A stretch of 64,000 nucleotides of DNA from an uncultured Desulfospira sp. (GTDB lineage: Bacteria > Desulfobacterota > Desulfobacteria > Desulfobacterales > Desulfobacteraceae), in contig OY760175.1 of assembly GCA_963663165.1 (NCBI GenBank), positions 5,216,001-5,280,000 on the forward strand, read 5' to 3'. Both the position numbers and the translations under genes were made by a program. Under the pieces are notes generated by a model. The model had not been told where the DNA came from. It saw only the letters and a list, made by a program, of their open reading frames with translations, and made no database searches. This document shows, in pieces, positions 41,462 to 52,263 of this stretch (position 1 is its first letter; each line of letters opens with the position of its first letter).

Positions 41462-42541
41462 ATGAACCGGAAAAAAGATGCCCCCCTTGTGATTCCGGTT
41501 TTTATTCCCCATTCAGGATGTCCCCATCGTTGCGCCTTCTGCGATCAGTCCATTATTACCGGGCAGGCGTGTTCGTCTCTGGAACCCATTGATTTAAAGT
41601 CAATTATTGAACAATACCTTAAGTTCAGGGGCGACCGCTCAAGGGTGGAGCTGGCCTTTTTCGGAGGGAACTTTCTCGGGCTTGACCCCCGGGAAATGAT
41701 CGGGCTCCTGGAACAGGCCGCACCGTTTATAAAGGACGGCCTTATTCATGGGATCCGATGCTCTACCCGGCCTGATACCATTACCCCCAAAACCCTGGAC
41801 ATCATCAGTCCCTATGGGGTGTCCCTGGTAGAACTCGGGGTTCAGTCCATGGATGATGCCATTCTATCCCGTCTCCATCGCGGACATACCGGGGATCATA
41901 CCCGTAAGGCCCTTGGGCTGCTCAAACAATATGGCATTCAAAGCGGGGTCCAGGTTATGGTGGGACTGCCCGGGGAGGCCCGGGAGGGGGTGGTCAACGG
42001 GGTCAGGGAACTGACAGCCTTTGAGCCAAAGACCGCCAGGATTTATCCTCTTGTGGTTCTTAAGGGAAGTCTTCTGGCCAAATGGTACCGGGACAAAACC
42101 TTTACCCCGATTTCTCTTGACCAGGCCGTTGAGCGATCAAAATTAATTTATCAGATCTTTACCATTGCCGGTGTAAAGGTAATCCGCATGGGGCTTCAGG
42201 CTTCGGAGGTCATGGATGATCCTGGCAAGGTTCTGGCCGGCCCCTGGCATCCGGCATTCGGTCACCTGGTACTGTCCTCGCTGTGTTACGACCGGGTCAG
42301 GGCCCGGCTGGCATCTGTTCTGGACGAGGTTCCAGTTCCAGAAAAAGGGGGACGGGTTACCATTACCGTCCATCCCAGATCTGAATCCAGGCTGAGGGGA
42401 GATAAAAATTACAATATCCAAAAGCTTATGAAAGCGTATCCCGGTAACGGCTTTTCCATTGCCACATCTTCACAGCTCTCCCTTGATGGGTTCCATTTGA
42501 ATGTAGAGCCCAAGGGTCATGGTGCGGCAAATCGGGGTTAA
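41462..42541 (+). CDS. Radical SAM protein (Elp3/YhcC-like)
   Basis: IPVFIPH.GCPHRCAFC, FFGGNF, STRPD, ELGVQS, GPWHPAFG. Confidence 0.88.
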   Translation: MNRKKDAPLVIPVFIPHSGCPHRCAFCDQSIITGQACSSLEPIDLKSIIEQYLKFRGDRSRVELAFFGGNFLGLDPREMIGLLEQAAPFIKDGLIHGIRCSTRPDTITPKTLDIISPYGVSLVELGVQSMDDAILSRLHRGHTGDHTRKALGLLKQYGIQSGVQVMVGLPGEAREGVVNGVRELTAFEPKTARIYPLVVLKGSLLAKWYRDKTFTPISLDQAVERSKLIYQIFTIAGVKVIRMGLQASEVMDDPGKVLAGPWHPAFGHLVLSSLCYDRVRARLASVLDEVPVPEKGGRVTITVHPRSESRLRGDKNYNIQKLMKAYPGNGFSIATSSQLSLDGFHLNVEPKGHGAANRG

Positions 42542-42663
42542 CCGCCAATCACCGACTTTTTGCGGGAGCCCCCGGATTTGCCTTTAATTGAAGAAGCAGG
42601 TATAAGCTTTGATGGCTCAATCGCAATTGAAGGAAACCAAAACCCATAACCAGCGGATTTACG

Positions 42664-45038
<2,375 letters not shown>

Positions 45039-45209
45039 TAATATTTGAGGGAAGATACCATTCTCATTTGTATCGATAATTTGCAACACAATCAGCTAAA
45101 ACAAGATATATTAATGGAATAGCGCCATAGCAATCAATTTGGTTGCAGTAAAGCACCTGCGGTTGGAAGAACACGCTCACCAACAGGCGTCAATCCCGAT
45201 TTTGGAAGT

Positions 45210-45249
45210 AAAAAAGCCGGGTTTTATACGAGGACGTATAAAACCCGGC
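45210..45249 (-). terminator. Intrinsic terminator of the IS operon
   Basis: Perfect 15-bp stem gccgggttttatacg / cgtataaaacccggc with T6 on the minus strand, just after istB. Confidence 0.8.
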
Positions 45250-45265
45250 AGATGTGAAGAGATGG

Positions 45266-46054
45266 TTATTGGGGTATGGACTGGGGATTAGTAGTGTTCG
45301 TTGTGTTGGGACCTTCCGTTCGATAACTGAGTCCGTCCCGGATATTAATGATGTGAACATTGTGCATCAATCGATCGATAATGGCATGAGTTACAACCGG
45401 ATCTCCCAGAGTCGTCCCCCAATCCTCAAGACTGATTGAAGATGTGGCAATAAAGGCGGTATCGTCCTGGCAGACGCTGATCAAATCCAGCAGCAGGCTG
45501 GGATATTCCGGCTTTGTGCGGATACCGCCCACATTATCTATGATCAGAAGATCAAAACGGCTTAAGCCGGCGACCACCTCATCGGTGGATTCGTCAGCCA
45601 ATGACGTATACAGCATGGCCAGAAGTTTTTGCAGGGAAAAAAATCGAACCTTATAACCCGCACGGCAGGCCTGGTCGCCAAGGGCTGAGGCAATATGAGT
45701 TTTGCCCGTGCCGGTTTTCCCAAAAATAAGCAGCGGCTGCTTTCGATCCACAAAGGATAGCTCCATCAGATCTTTGAGGTGCTCTACATTCAGGCTTGGC
45801 TGGAAGTTAAAATCAAAGTTATCAAAGGTCATGTTTCTGGGGAAATCCGCTGTTTTTAGCCGCTTTTCAAGGGATCGGTGCTTTCTTGCCTTCATCTGTA
45901 CGTCCACGATGTCGGCCAGGAACGCCAAATGACCGGATTGATTTTTCTGCGCCTTGGCAAGGGCCTGCTCCAGATATTGGGCCATATCCTTGAGATAAAG
46001 CTTGCGCAGTTTCTTTTTAACCTGGTCGCTTAAGTTTTCATTCATCCTTGCCAT
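45266..46054 (-). CDS. istB: IS21 helper ATPase IstB
   Basis: FDFNFQP, GKTGTGKTH, AIIDRL.H, SYR. Confidence 0.92.
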   Translation of the reverse strand: MARMNENLSDQVKKKLRKLYLKDMAQYLEQALAKAQKNQSGHLAFLADIVDVQMKARKHRSLEKRLKTADFPRNMTFDNFDFNFQPSLNVEHLKDLMELSFVDRKQPLLIFGKTGTGKTHIASALGDQACRAGYKVRFFSLQKLLAMLYTSLADESTDEVVAGLSRFDLLIIDNVGGIRTKPEYPSLLLDLISVCQDDTAFIATSSISLEDWGTTLGDPVVTHAIIDRLMHNVHIINIRDGLSYRTEGPNTTNTTNPQSIPQ

Positions 46055-47540
46055 CCATTGTTTTTCTGTTAATCAGGTGGTCATACCTTTGTGGGTTATC
46101 CTGCTCCACTGAACAGGATTTCAAATAGCTCCGGGTGTTGTTGGGCAGACCTTTTCCGGCTTTTGTTTTGTTTGAAGCTTTAATGTTTTTCCCCTGGATG
46201 ATACGCAGGACGGCATCAGCACTAAATGAGTCAAACCGCGTGGCATGAGCTAATGCCCCTGAGACCACATCCGCACCATAGCGGTCGGCATATTTGAGGA
46301 TACGGCCCATATGGTACCCGGCAGCGCTTTTCCGGGTTTCTTTCAATCCGTTATAATAGACCTGCGCCACCTCACCCAATCTCAAAAAGGCATCTTTGAG
46401 CAATTGACTCTGGCCTGTCATCTTCCTGTACAGGGCTTCATGTTCAGGCAACACCTGCCTGTCTTCTTGAGTGTAAACATGCCGGCAATCCATCGTTTCA
46501 TCACACCATATTTCAATGTGATCACGGAACAAACGGACCTGGACATAACGGCCTATCAGTTCAGGATTGGCAGAGTATCGTTTTTTGTCGATGGTGACAC
46601 AAAAATCAACGTTAACAAGTCGACGTACTTCCTTAAAAAATTGATCCGTTTTATTCCATGGCACAGGCTTTAACAGACTTTTTTCCCTTGCCAGGCGATC
46701 CACAGGCCTTTCCCGGGTGGTACCGTGGATACGGACATTGGCTGTGTTCGCCCGCCAGGCATCGGCCTTGTTATTGAGATCCTCAAGATCAATAAATTCT
46801 TTGCCTCTAAGGAAATTGTCTTCAATATACCGGAACGGCCGCTCTACCTTGCCGTGTCGTTCCTTTTTGCCGGGTAGAAGGATGACGATCTCAAAGTCAT
46901 ACTCCTGGGCAAACCGTTTAAATACCGGATTGATCCAAACGGTTCCGGGGCCCGTGTGCCTGCCCACCGTGGTCATATTGTCATAGGTGATTTTGTGGGG
47001 AACCGCCCCGATCTCGTCAAACGCCTCTTCATGCAACCGGATCACTGATTCTATAGTTTCATCAAAAAAGTGACGTATAAATATCCAACGACTGAAGCAC
47101 AATACAAAAGATCCGGTATGCACCACCACGCGTTGTCCACCCATGTACACACTATGAGGACTCCAGTCCATCTGCCCCTCATCTCCAGGGGCATGATCAA
47201 TTGGAGGCCTGGGCACCTTCAAGCCTTTGGGCCGGATTATTCTGATATACTCCTTGAGGATGGAGTATCCGCCCGTGTACCCCAACAACGTGATCTCTTC
47301 CAACACCCGAACCCCGCTGAGATGTTTTTCTTTTACAAGGTAACCGATTTTGGCCTTGTAAGGATCAAGTTTGCTTTTGCGGGGACTGGTTTGAGGCGCA
47401 TTAATAACATTGTTGCAGCCCAATGCCCTGCGCACTGCCTTGCGGCTGTGCCCGGTCTGTTTTGCTGTCTGACGGATGGATGCTGTGCGCCCAAAGACTT
47501 TACGAATACGTTCCTGTTCCTTTTCACTCAACCGGCTCAT
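46038..47540 (-). CDS. istA: IS21 DDE transposase IstA
   Basis: N-terminal HTH, SKLDPYK, PGDEGQMDW, YDNM, GKVER, R.HGTT..RP. Confidence 0.93.
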   Translation of the reverse strand: MSRLSEKEQERIRKVFGRTASIRQTAKQTGHSRKAVRRALGCNNVINAPQTSPRKSKLDPYKAKIGYLVKEKHLSGVRVLEEITLLGYTGGYSILKEYIRIIRPKGLKVPRPPIDHAPGDEGQMDWSPHSVYMGGQRVVVHTGSFVLCFSRWIFIRHFFDETIESVIRLHEEAFDEIGAVPHKITYDNMTTVGRHTGPGTVWINPVFKRFAQEYDFEIVILLPGKKERHGKVERPFRYIEDNFLRGKEFIDLEDLNNKADAWRANTANVRIHGTTRERPVDRLAREKSLLKPVPWNKTDQFFKEVRRLVNVDFCVTIDKKRYSANPELIGRYVQVRLFRDHIEIWCDETMDCRHVYTQEDRQVLPEHEALYRKMTGQSQLLKDAFLRLGEVAQVYYNGLKETRKSAAGYHMGRILKYADRYGADVVSGALAHATRFDSFSADAVLRIIQGKNIKASNKTKAGKGLPNNTRSYLKSCSVEQDNPQRYDHLINRKTMDGKDE

Positions 47541-48360
47541 GGTGCCCTCCTATCAACTCATTGAGCCGTTTCATCCGGGCACCGGCCCGCCCTATAAAGT
47601 CTTTAAGGGCGCAGACCTTGGAACCATTGATCGTGCCGCTGCCAATGCAGTTGTTCAGCTTGGACATTTTTGAAAGAATGGCATCAATAATCAAATAATA
47701 ATTTTCCTTGTCCCGGCTTACGGACTCCAGCGCTTGCCTGGGAGATTCAAGCAGGTGGCGCCTGGCTCCGGGATCACTGGTCTTGCACCACAGGTCCACC
47801 AGACGGTTCACCTCCCGGGTTTTAAGGTTGTGTTTTTGAATACAAAGAGAAAAATCGGCCTGGGTTGCAGGCTGCAACCGCGCCAGTGACGGACCGACCC
47901 CGGCAGGGAGCAGCCCAAGTTTGATATCGTGGACAATTTCCGGGGTCAGGCTGCGGATCATGGAAAGCCGTCGGCAAACCCAGCTTTTATGCCGCTCAAG
48001 GAGTATCGCCGCTTCAACCTGATTGAGCCCTTCTATTTCTACAAGTTCCCAGACCACCAGGGCCTCCATGATCGTGGAAAACCCATCCGGGCGGTTCAGA
48101 AGGTAGAGCAATGCCTTGGCTTCTGCAGCACTTTTTTTCAACACAGCCACTTTAAGCGTCTTCATGCCAAGAAGGCCTGCACAGCGATGCCGCTTGAAAC
48201 CGTCTATTAAAATATGGCAACCTCCTTGCTCAACCGCAACAACAGCCGTTAATTGGCCATGCTTGACTAATGAAGCCGCCATCTTTTCCTGGGCACCGGC
48301 GTGGACCGGCCGCAGGAATCCCAGACGTAAATCCAATTGGTCCGGACGCAGGTTAATCAT
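47524..48360 (-). CDS. ParB/RepB/Spo0J-family protein
   Basis: SL..HGQL, LIDGFKR, HTH GLNQVEAA.LL.RHKSWV.RRL; GGAGG RBS. Confidence 0.82.
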   Translation of the reverse strand: MINLRPDQLDLRLGFLRPVHAGAQEKMAASLVKHGQLTAVVAVEQGGCHILIDGFKRHRCAGLLGMKTLKVAVLKKSAAEAKALLYLLNRPDGFSTIMEALVVWELVEIEGLNQVEAAILLERHKSWVCRRLSMIRSLTPEIVHDIKLGLLPAGVGPSLARLQPATQADFSLCIQKHNLKTREVNRLVDLWCKTSDPGARRHLLESPRQALESVSRDKENYYLIIDAILSKMSKLNNCIGSGTINGSKVCALKDFIGRAGARMKRLNELIGGHHEPVE

Positions 48361-48775
48361 TTGGACCTCCGGCTATATTGAGGCTTTTTTGAAAAATCTC
48401 CCCGATTGAGATAAGGCCACTGCCGCCGGTGGGTTGCTTAGGCGCCTTGGACGTCGGTGCTGCAACATTTTTTTTGGGAAGGGAAAGCACTTGAAACAGT
48501 CGGCCGTCAAAGGCTATGAGATCTTTATCAATGAGCCCGTTCCTGGCCTGGATATATTCGTCCAGGCGGATGGCCGTCAATGAACAGATTTTATCATAGC
48601 CGTAATAAGACATTCCCTGACGATCTGCCACCATCACCAGAAAAAGGTACAGCACAAGCTCCTGGTGGTTCAGGCTGCCCCAATACCCCTGGCGGATAAA
48701 CCGGTGGCTTATCCATGCGAAACTGCCGTTAATTTTTCTAATTCGATGGTCCTTCAACGGTTCCTTGGTAATCAT
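48353..48775 (-). CDS. Winged-helix-like protein
   Basis: AAGGAGG RBS before MITKEP; LYLFL...AD..G.SYY...I...I....GLI...LI pattern resembles replication-initiator wHTH domains. Confidence 0.7.
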   Translation of the reverse strand: MITKEPLKDHRIRKINGSFAWISHRFIRQGYWGSLNHQELVLYLFLVMVADRQGMSYYGYDKICSLTAIRLDEYIQARNGLIDKDLIAFDGRLFQVLSLPKKNVAAPTSKAPKQPTGGSGLISIGEIFQKSLNIAGGPND

Positions 48776-49208
48776 TTTTACCCTCCTTGGAAATATAATG
48801 ATGAAAATTGTCGCCTGAATACCGTCTGCCATATCCCCGCCGGGGGAATTGATCTACAATCAGACCTTTTCTTCCGCAAAAACAGCAGCATGGATGGGAA
48901 GACGGAGGCGTTACCCGAAGACTATCATTGGATTTGGAGGGTGTTGAAGTGTCATCATCCACGGTTTTTTGAGAATTTCTTAATCTCCGCTCTTTTTCCT
49001 GCCGACGATGGGCTAACTTACCTTTTTCAGTTTGTCGATATTTCTTCTGGGCGTTACGGTGAGCTTCTCTTTGAGCAGTTTCCCGACAGGATTCACAGCA
49101 ATAAATCTGTCCACGCCAGCAACTGTGGCAGATATAAAAAATGCTGCCGCATCGTTTACACTGGATTTCTTTTAATAAAACGATCTCCACATTTTCCGTT
49201 CTTGCCAT
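48738..49208 (-). CDS. Cys-rich basic hypothetical protein (Zn-finger-like)
   Basis: CKRC, CHSC, YCCESC, basic helix, C-terminal CCFCG. Confidence 0.7.
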   Translation of the reverse strand: MARTENVEIVLLKEIQCKRCGSIFYICHSCWRGQIYCCESCRETAQREAHRNAQKKYRQTEKGKLAHRRQEKERRLRNSQKTVDDDTSTPSKSNDSLRVTPPSSHPCCCFCGRKGLIVDQFPRRGYGRRYSGDNFHHYISKEGKNDYQGTVEGPSN

Positions 49209-50572
49209 AAAACGGAAGCCGTGATTATATGAAGATGTTGGGTAGCTTCCGTATTTTATATGGATGTCTGCTTTTTGAAGGCTCGAAGCGGCCTACTTCG
49301 AGCCTTCCTTATTTTTCAAATCCATCCAAGAAACAAAACCAAATTCAAAGAAAAAAAGGAAGAAAATATATTTTTAAAATATGGGATGAAGAAGAGACAA
49401 AGTAAAAAGGATGGAGGCTTTGTTACCGGCTAAAGGGGTGGCCTGCTTCATCGCCATAGGTGGGGACGGTTACGACCGGCGGTAACAATATATCCGCTAT
49501 AAAGCACGCTGGGGAAAGCCTGCTGACACTGATCAATGACATTCTGGACCTGTCCAAAATAGAGGCAGATAAACTTGAAATAAAATATACCTATTTAAAT
49601 ATTAAAAAACTTCTGGATGAAGTGGAACAGATCTTTGCGGTCCAGTCGGCAGATAAGAATCTTTCTTTTATGATTGATATCAGCCAGGACCTGCCGGATA
49701 CCCTTCTGTTAGATGAGATCCGTTTAAGGCAGGTGCTTTTCAATATAGTCGGCAATGCAGTTAAATTCACACACAAAGGGTATATAAAGCTGTCGGCCCG
49801 TGTTGCCGTGAAAAAAAATGACCACATTGATATGCTGATATCGGTTGAGGATACGGGTGTGGGAATACAAGAGGATGAACTTGAATGTGTTTTTGATGCA
49901 TTTAAACAAAGCTTGGGGCAGGATTCATCAACATTCGGGGGAACCGGGCTGGGGCTGACGATTTCAAAAAGACTGGTTAAAATGATGAACGGGCAAATCA
50001 GGGTAAAGAGTAAACCCAATTCCGGAAGCGTATTTTCCATCACCCTGAAGGATGTTGAATTCAGCCGTGACCCGGTACGATCTGTCCGAGGGTATGCATG
50101 TGACCCGGTAAAATTCAAATCCCGTAAAATTCTGGTGGTCGATGATGCAACATCAACCACTGATTTTCTCAAGGCACTTCTTGGCAGATCAAACCTTGAG
50201 GTGCAAACGGCCGAAAACGGGAAGGAAGCTGTTGCCATGAGTGAACAAATTCTGCCGGCAGTCATATTAATGGATATCCGGATGCCTGTAATGGATGGAT
50301 TTGAAGCAGCCCGCATCATTAAATCCAATCCGGTTACCAGGCAGATCCCCATTATGGCTGTCACGGCTTCAAATCCATCCGAGAATTTTTTAAAACCCTT
50401 TGACTCAGTTTTTGATGCGTGGCTTTTCAAGCCTGTCAGAACCCATGAGTTGATTTCTCATTTAAAAAAGTATCTGCCGGTTGAACCCTTTGAATTTGAA
50501 AAGAAAAAGGCCCCATCCTCAAAATCAGAATGGTTTGATTATACGGAAGACAGTTTAAAATCCATATCTGAT

Positions 50573-50943
50573 GAGAGTGATCACGATATTTGATGGAAAG
50601 AGGCTTTATTTTTTGCAAGCTATCTTATGGAAATTTTTCACTCCCTTTGTCGTTCCTCATTTTTCACTATACTTTAGGGCCGATCGGTCCTCCTTCCGTT
50701 AACTTGAAAGAATCAACGATAAATGAGGGATAGATTTTTTGAATTAGATTTAATTACAGGTAGATATAAAATTCTTAGAGCGTACCACCCCTCCCTTGGG
50801 TATCGTAAAAATTTGCTGGTTTGAGACATTTTTATCAACTTTCCCATCTACCCATGGGGGGTGGTGTGTCAAGCTATTGTTTCTTCTCCTCAGTTCCACC
50901 AAATAGCATGAAAACGTGTCCATCAAATATCGTGATTGCTCTC
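50573..50943. mobile_element. 371-bp MITE
   Basis: 25-bp TIR GAGAGTGATCACGATATTTGATGGA vs GAGAGCAATCACGATATTTGATGGA; 7-bp duplication ATCTGAT (50566-50572 / 50944-50950). Confidence 0.9.
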
Positions 50944-51203
50944 ATCTGATAGCTTATTAAGCATGCTACAGAGCAATTTTATGGCCCAGTGGCAAAATAT
51001 AAAAGACCGGCTCCCCATGGAGGAGGTCAAACAATTTGCAAATGCGTTGAACCAGCTTGGTATCGAGCACAATGCCCCTATGGTTGAAACCTATGGCCGG
51101 AACCTGGCCGGCCATGTCGATAATTTTGATATAACCATGATGCAGCGGTTTGTTGATGAATTCCCTGAGATGATACAAAACATACAGACTTGGAAAATGG
51201 ATA

Positions 51204-51782
51204 ATGCCTTTACCCAATGACATAAAACCGTTTTTAATTTTGATTGTCGATGACGAACCCCGGAACATCCAGATGCTCGGGAGTATCCTTAAATCCAACG
51301 GATATAGGACTGAATTTGCCACCAATGGCGAAAAAGCACTTGACTGGCTGAAGCACAAAGAATTTGACCTGATATTACTGGATATTATGATGCCGGGAAT
51401 GGATGGTTATGAGGTATGTAAAAAGATCAAGGCAAATAAATACATTTCCCATATTCCGATTATTTTTTTGTCTGCCAAGACAGAAAGTGAAGATATTGTA
51501 AATGCCTTCAGTGCCGGTGGAACGGATTATGTTACCAAACCGTTTAATACGCCGGAACTGTTGGCAAGAATAAAAACTCATGTGGAAATAAAAACTTTAC
51601 GGGGACTGATTCCCATTTGTGTCAATTGCAAGAAGCTAAAAAATAAAGAAGGTGTATGGCAACAGATTGAAGCTTACTTTCATGCCCACACAGACGCGCT
51701 GTTAAGCCATGGTCTTTGCCATGAGTGTGCAGAAAAATTATACGGCAGCGAACAATGGTATAAGGACAGGAAGGGAGAATAA
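51204..51782 (+). CDS. Response regulator (REC plus a C-terminal Cys motif)
   Basis: IVDD, LLDIMMP, KPF; IPICxxCK...SHGLCxxC. Confidence 0.88.
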   Translation: MPLPNDIKPFLILIVDDEPRNIQMLGSILKSNGYRTEFATNGEKALDWLKHKEFDLILLDIMMPGMDGYEVCKKIKANKYISHIPIIFLSAKTESEDIVNAFSAGGTDYVTKPFNTPELLARIKTHVEIKTLRGLIPICVNCKKLKNKEGVWQQIEAYFHAHTDALLSHGLCHECAEKLYGSEQWYKDRKGE

Positions 51783-52165
51783 TTAGTGCCTGAACGGGAA
51801 CCCCGTATTTGAACAATAAATCAGCTATCCTCATTTTTTGACAAACAGTGGGCACAACAAGCGTGCTCAACCAATCCGGTTTATATCTATTCTTTTCTGA
51901 AAGGAAGCCCAGACAATAAAATTAGCCTTGACTAATTTTATTGAGGCATTAACTTTAGTTTGTCTGAATCGGTGAGCCATACCCATGGTTTGTAAATATC
52001 CGGTTCAGGTGGGGTTGAAAAACCCGTTTGCCAGGGCGCCAAAGCCGGGCAGGATATAGAATCGGGGGGATTTTTATATCTGTGTTCCCAGGCCCGGCAA
52101 TGGCACCCCTCTTTCCCGGACCATCTGTGAGTCACTGCCATGGGTGGTCCGGGTTTTCTTTAAAA

Positions 52166-52250
52166 AAGCTGTTAGCTATTAGCCTTTAGCGAACAACTGT
52201 AAAGGCTAATGCCTAATAGCTAATGGCTAACAACGGCTTAAGGCTAACAC
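52166..52250. repeat. TTAGCTG heptamer inverted array
   Basis: aagctg-ttagcta-ttagcct-ttagc ... gctaatg-cctaata-gctaatg-gctaaca. Confidence 0.75.
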
Positions 52251-52263
52251 AGCCGAAGGCTGT

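Noticed and set aside
51938..52141. 67-aa minus-strand ORF downstream of mrcA
   Set aside because: No recognisable motif or convincing RBS; cannot be supported.
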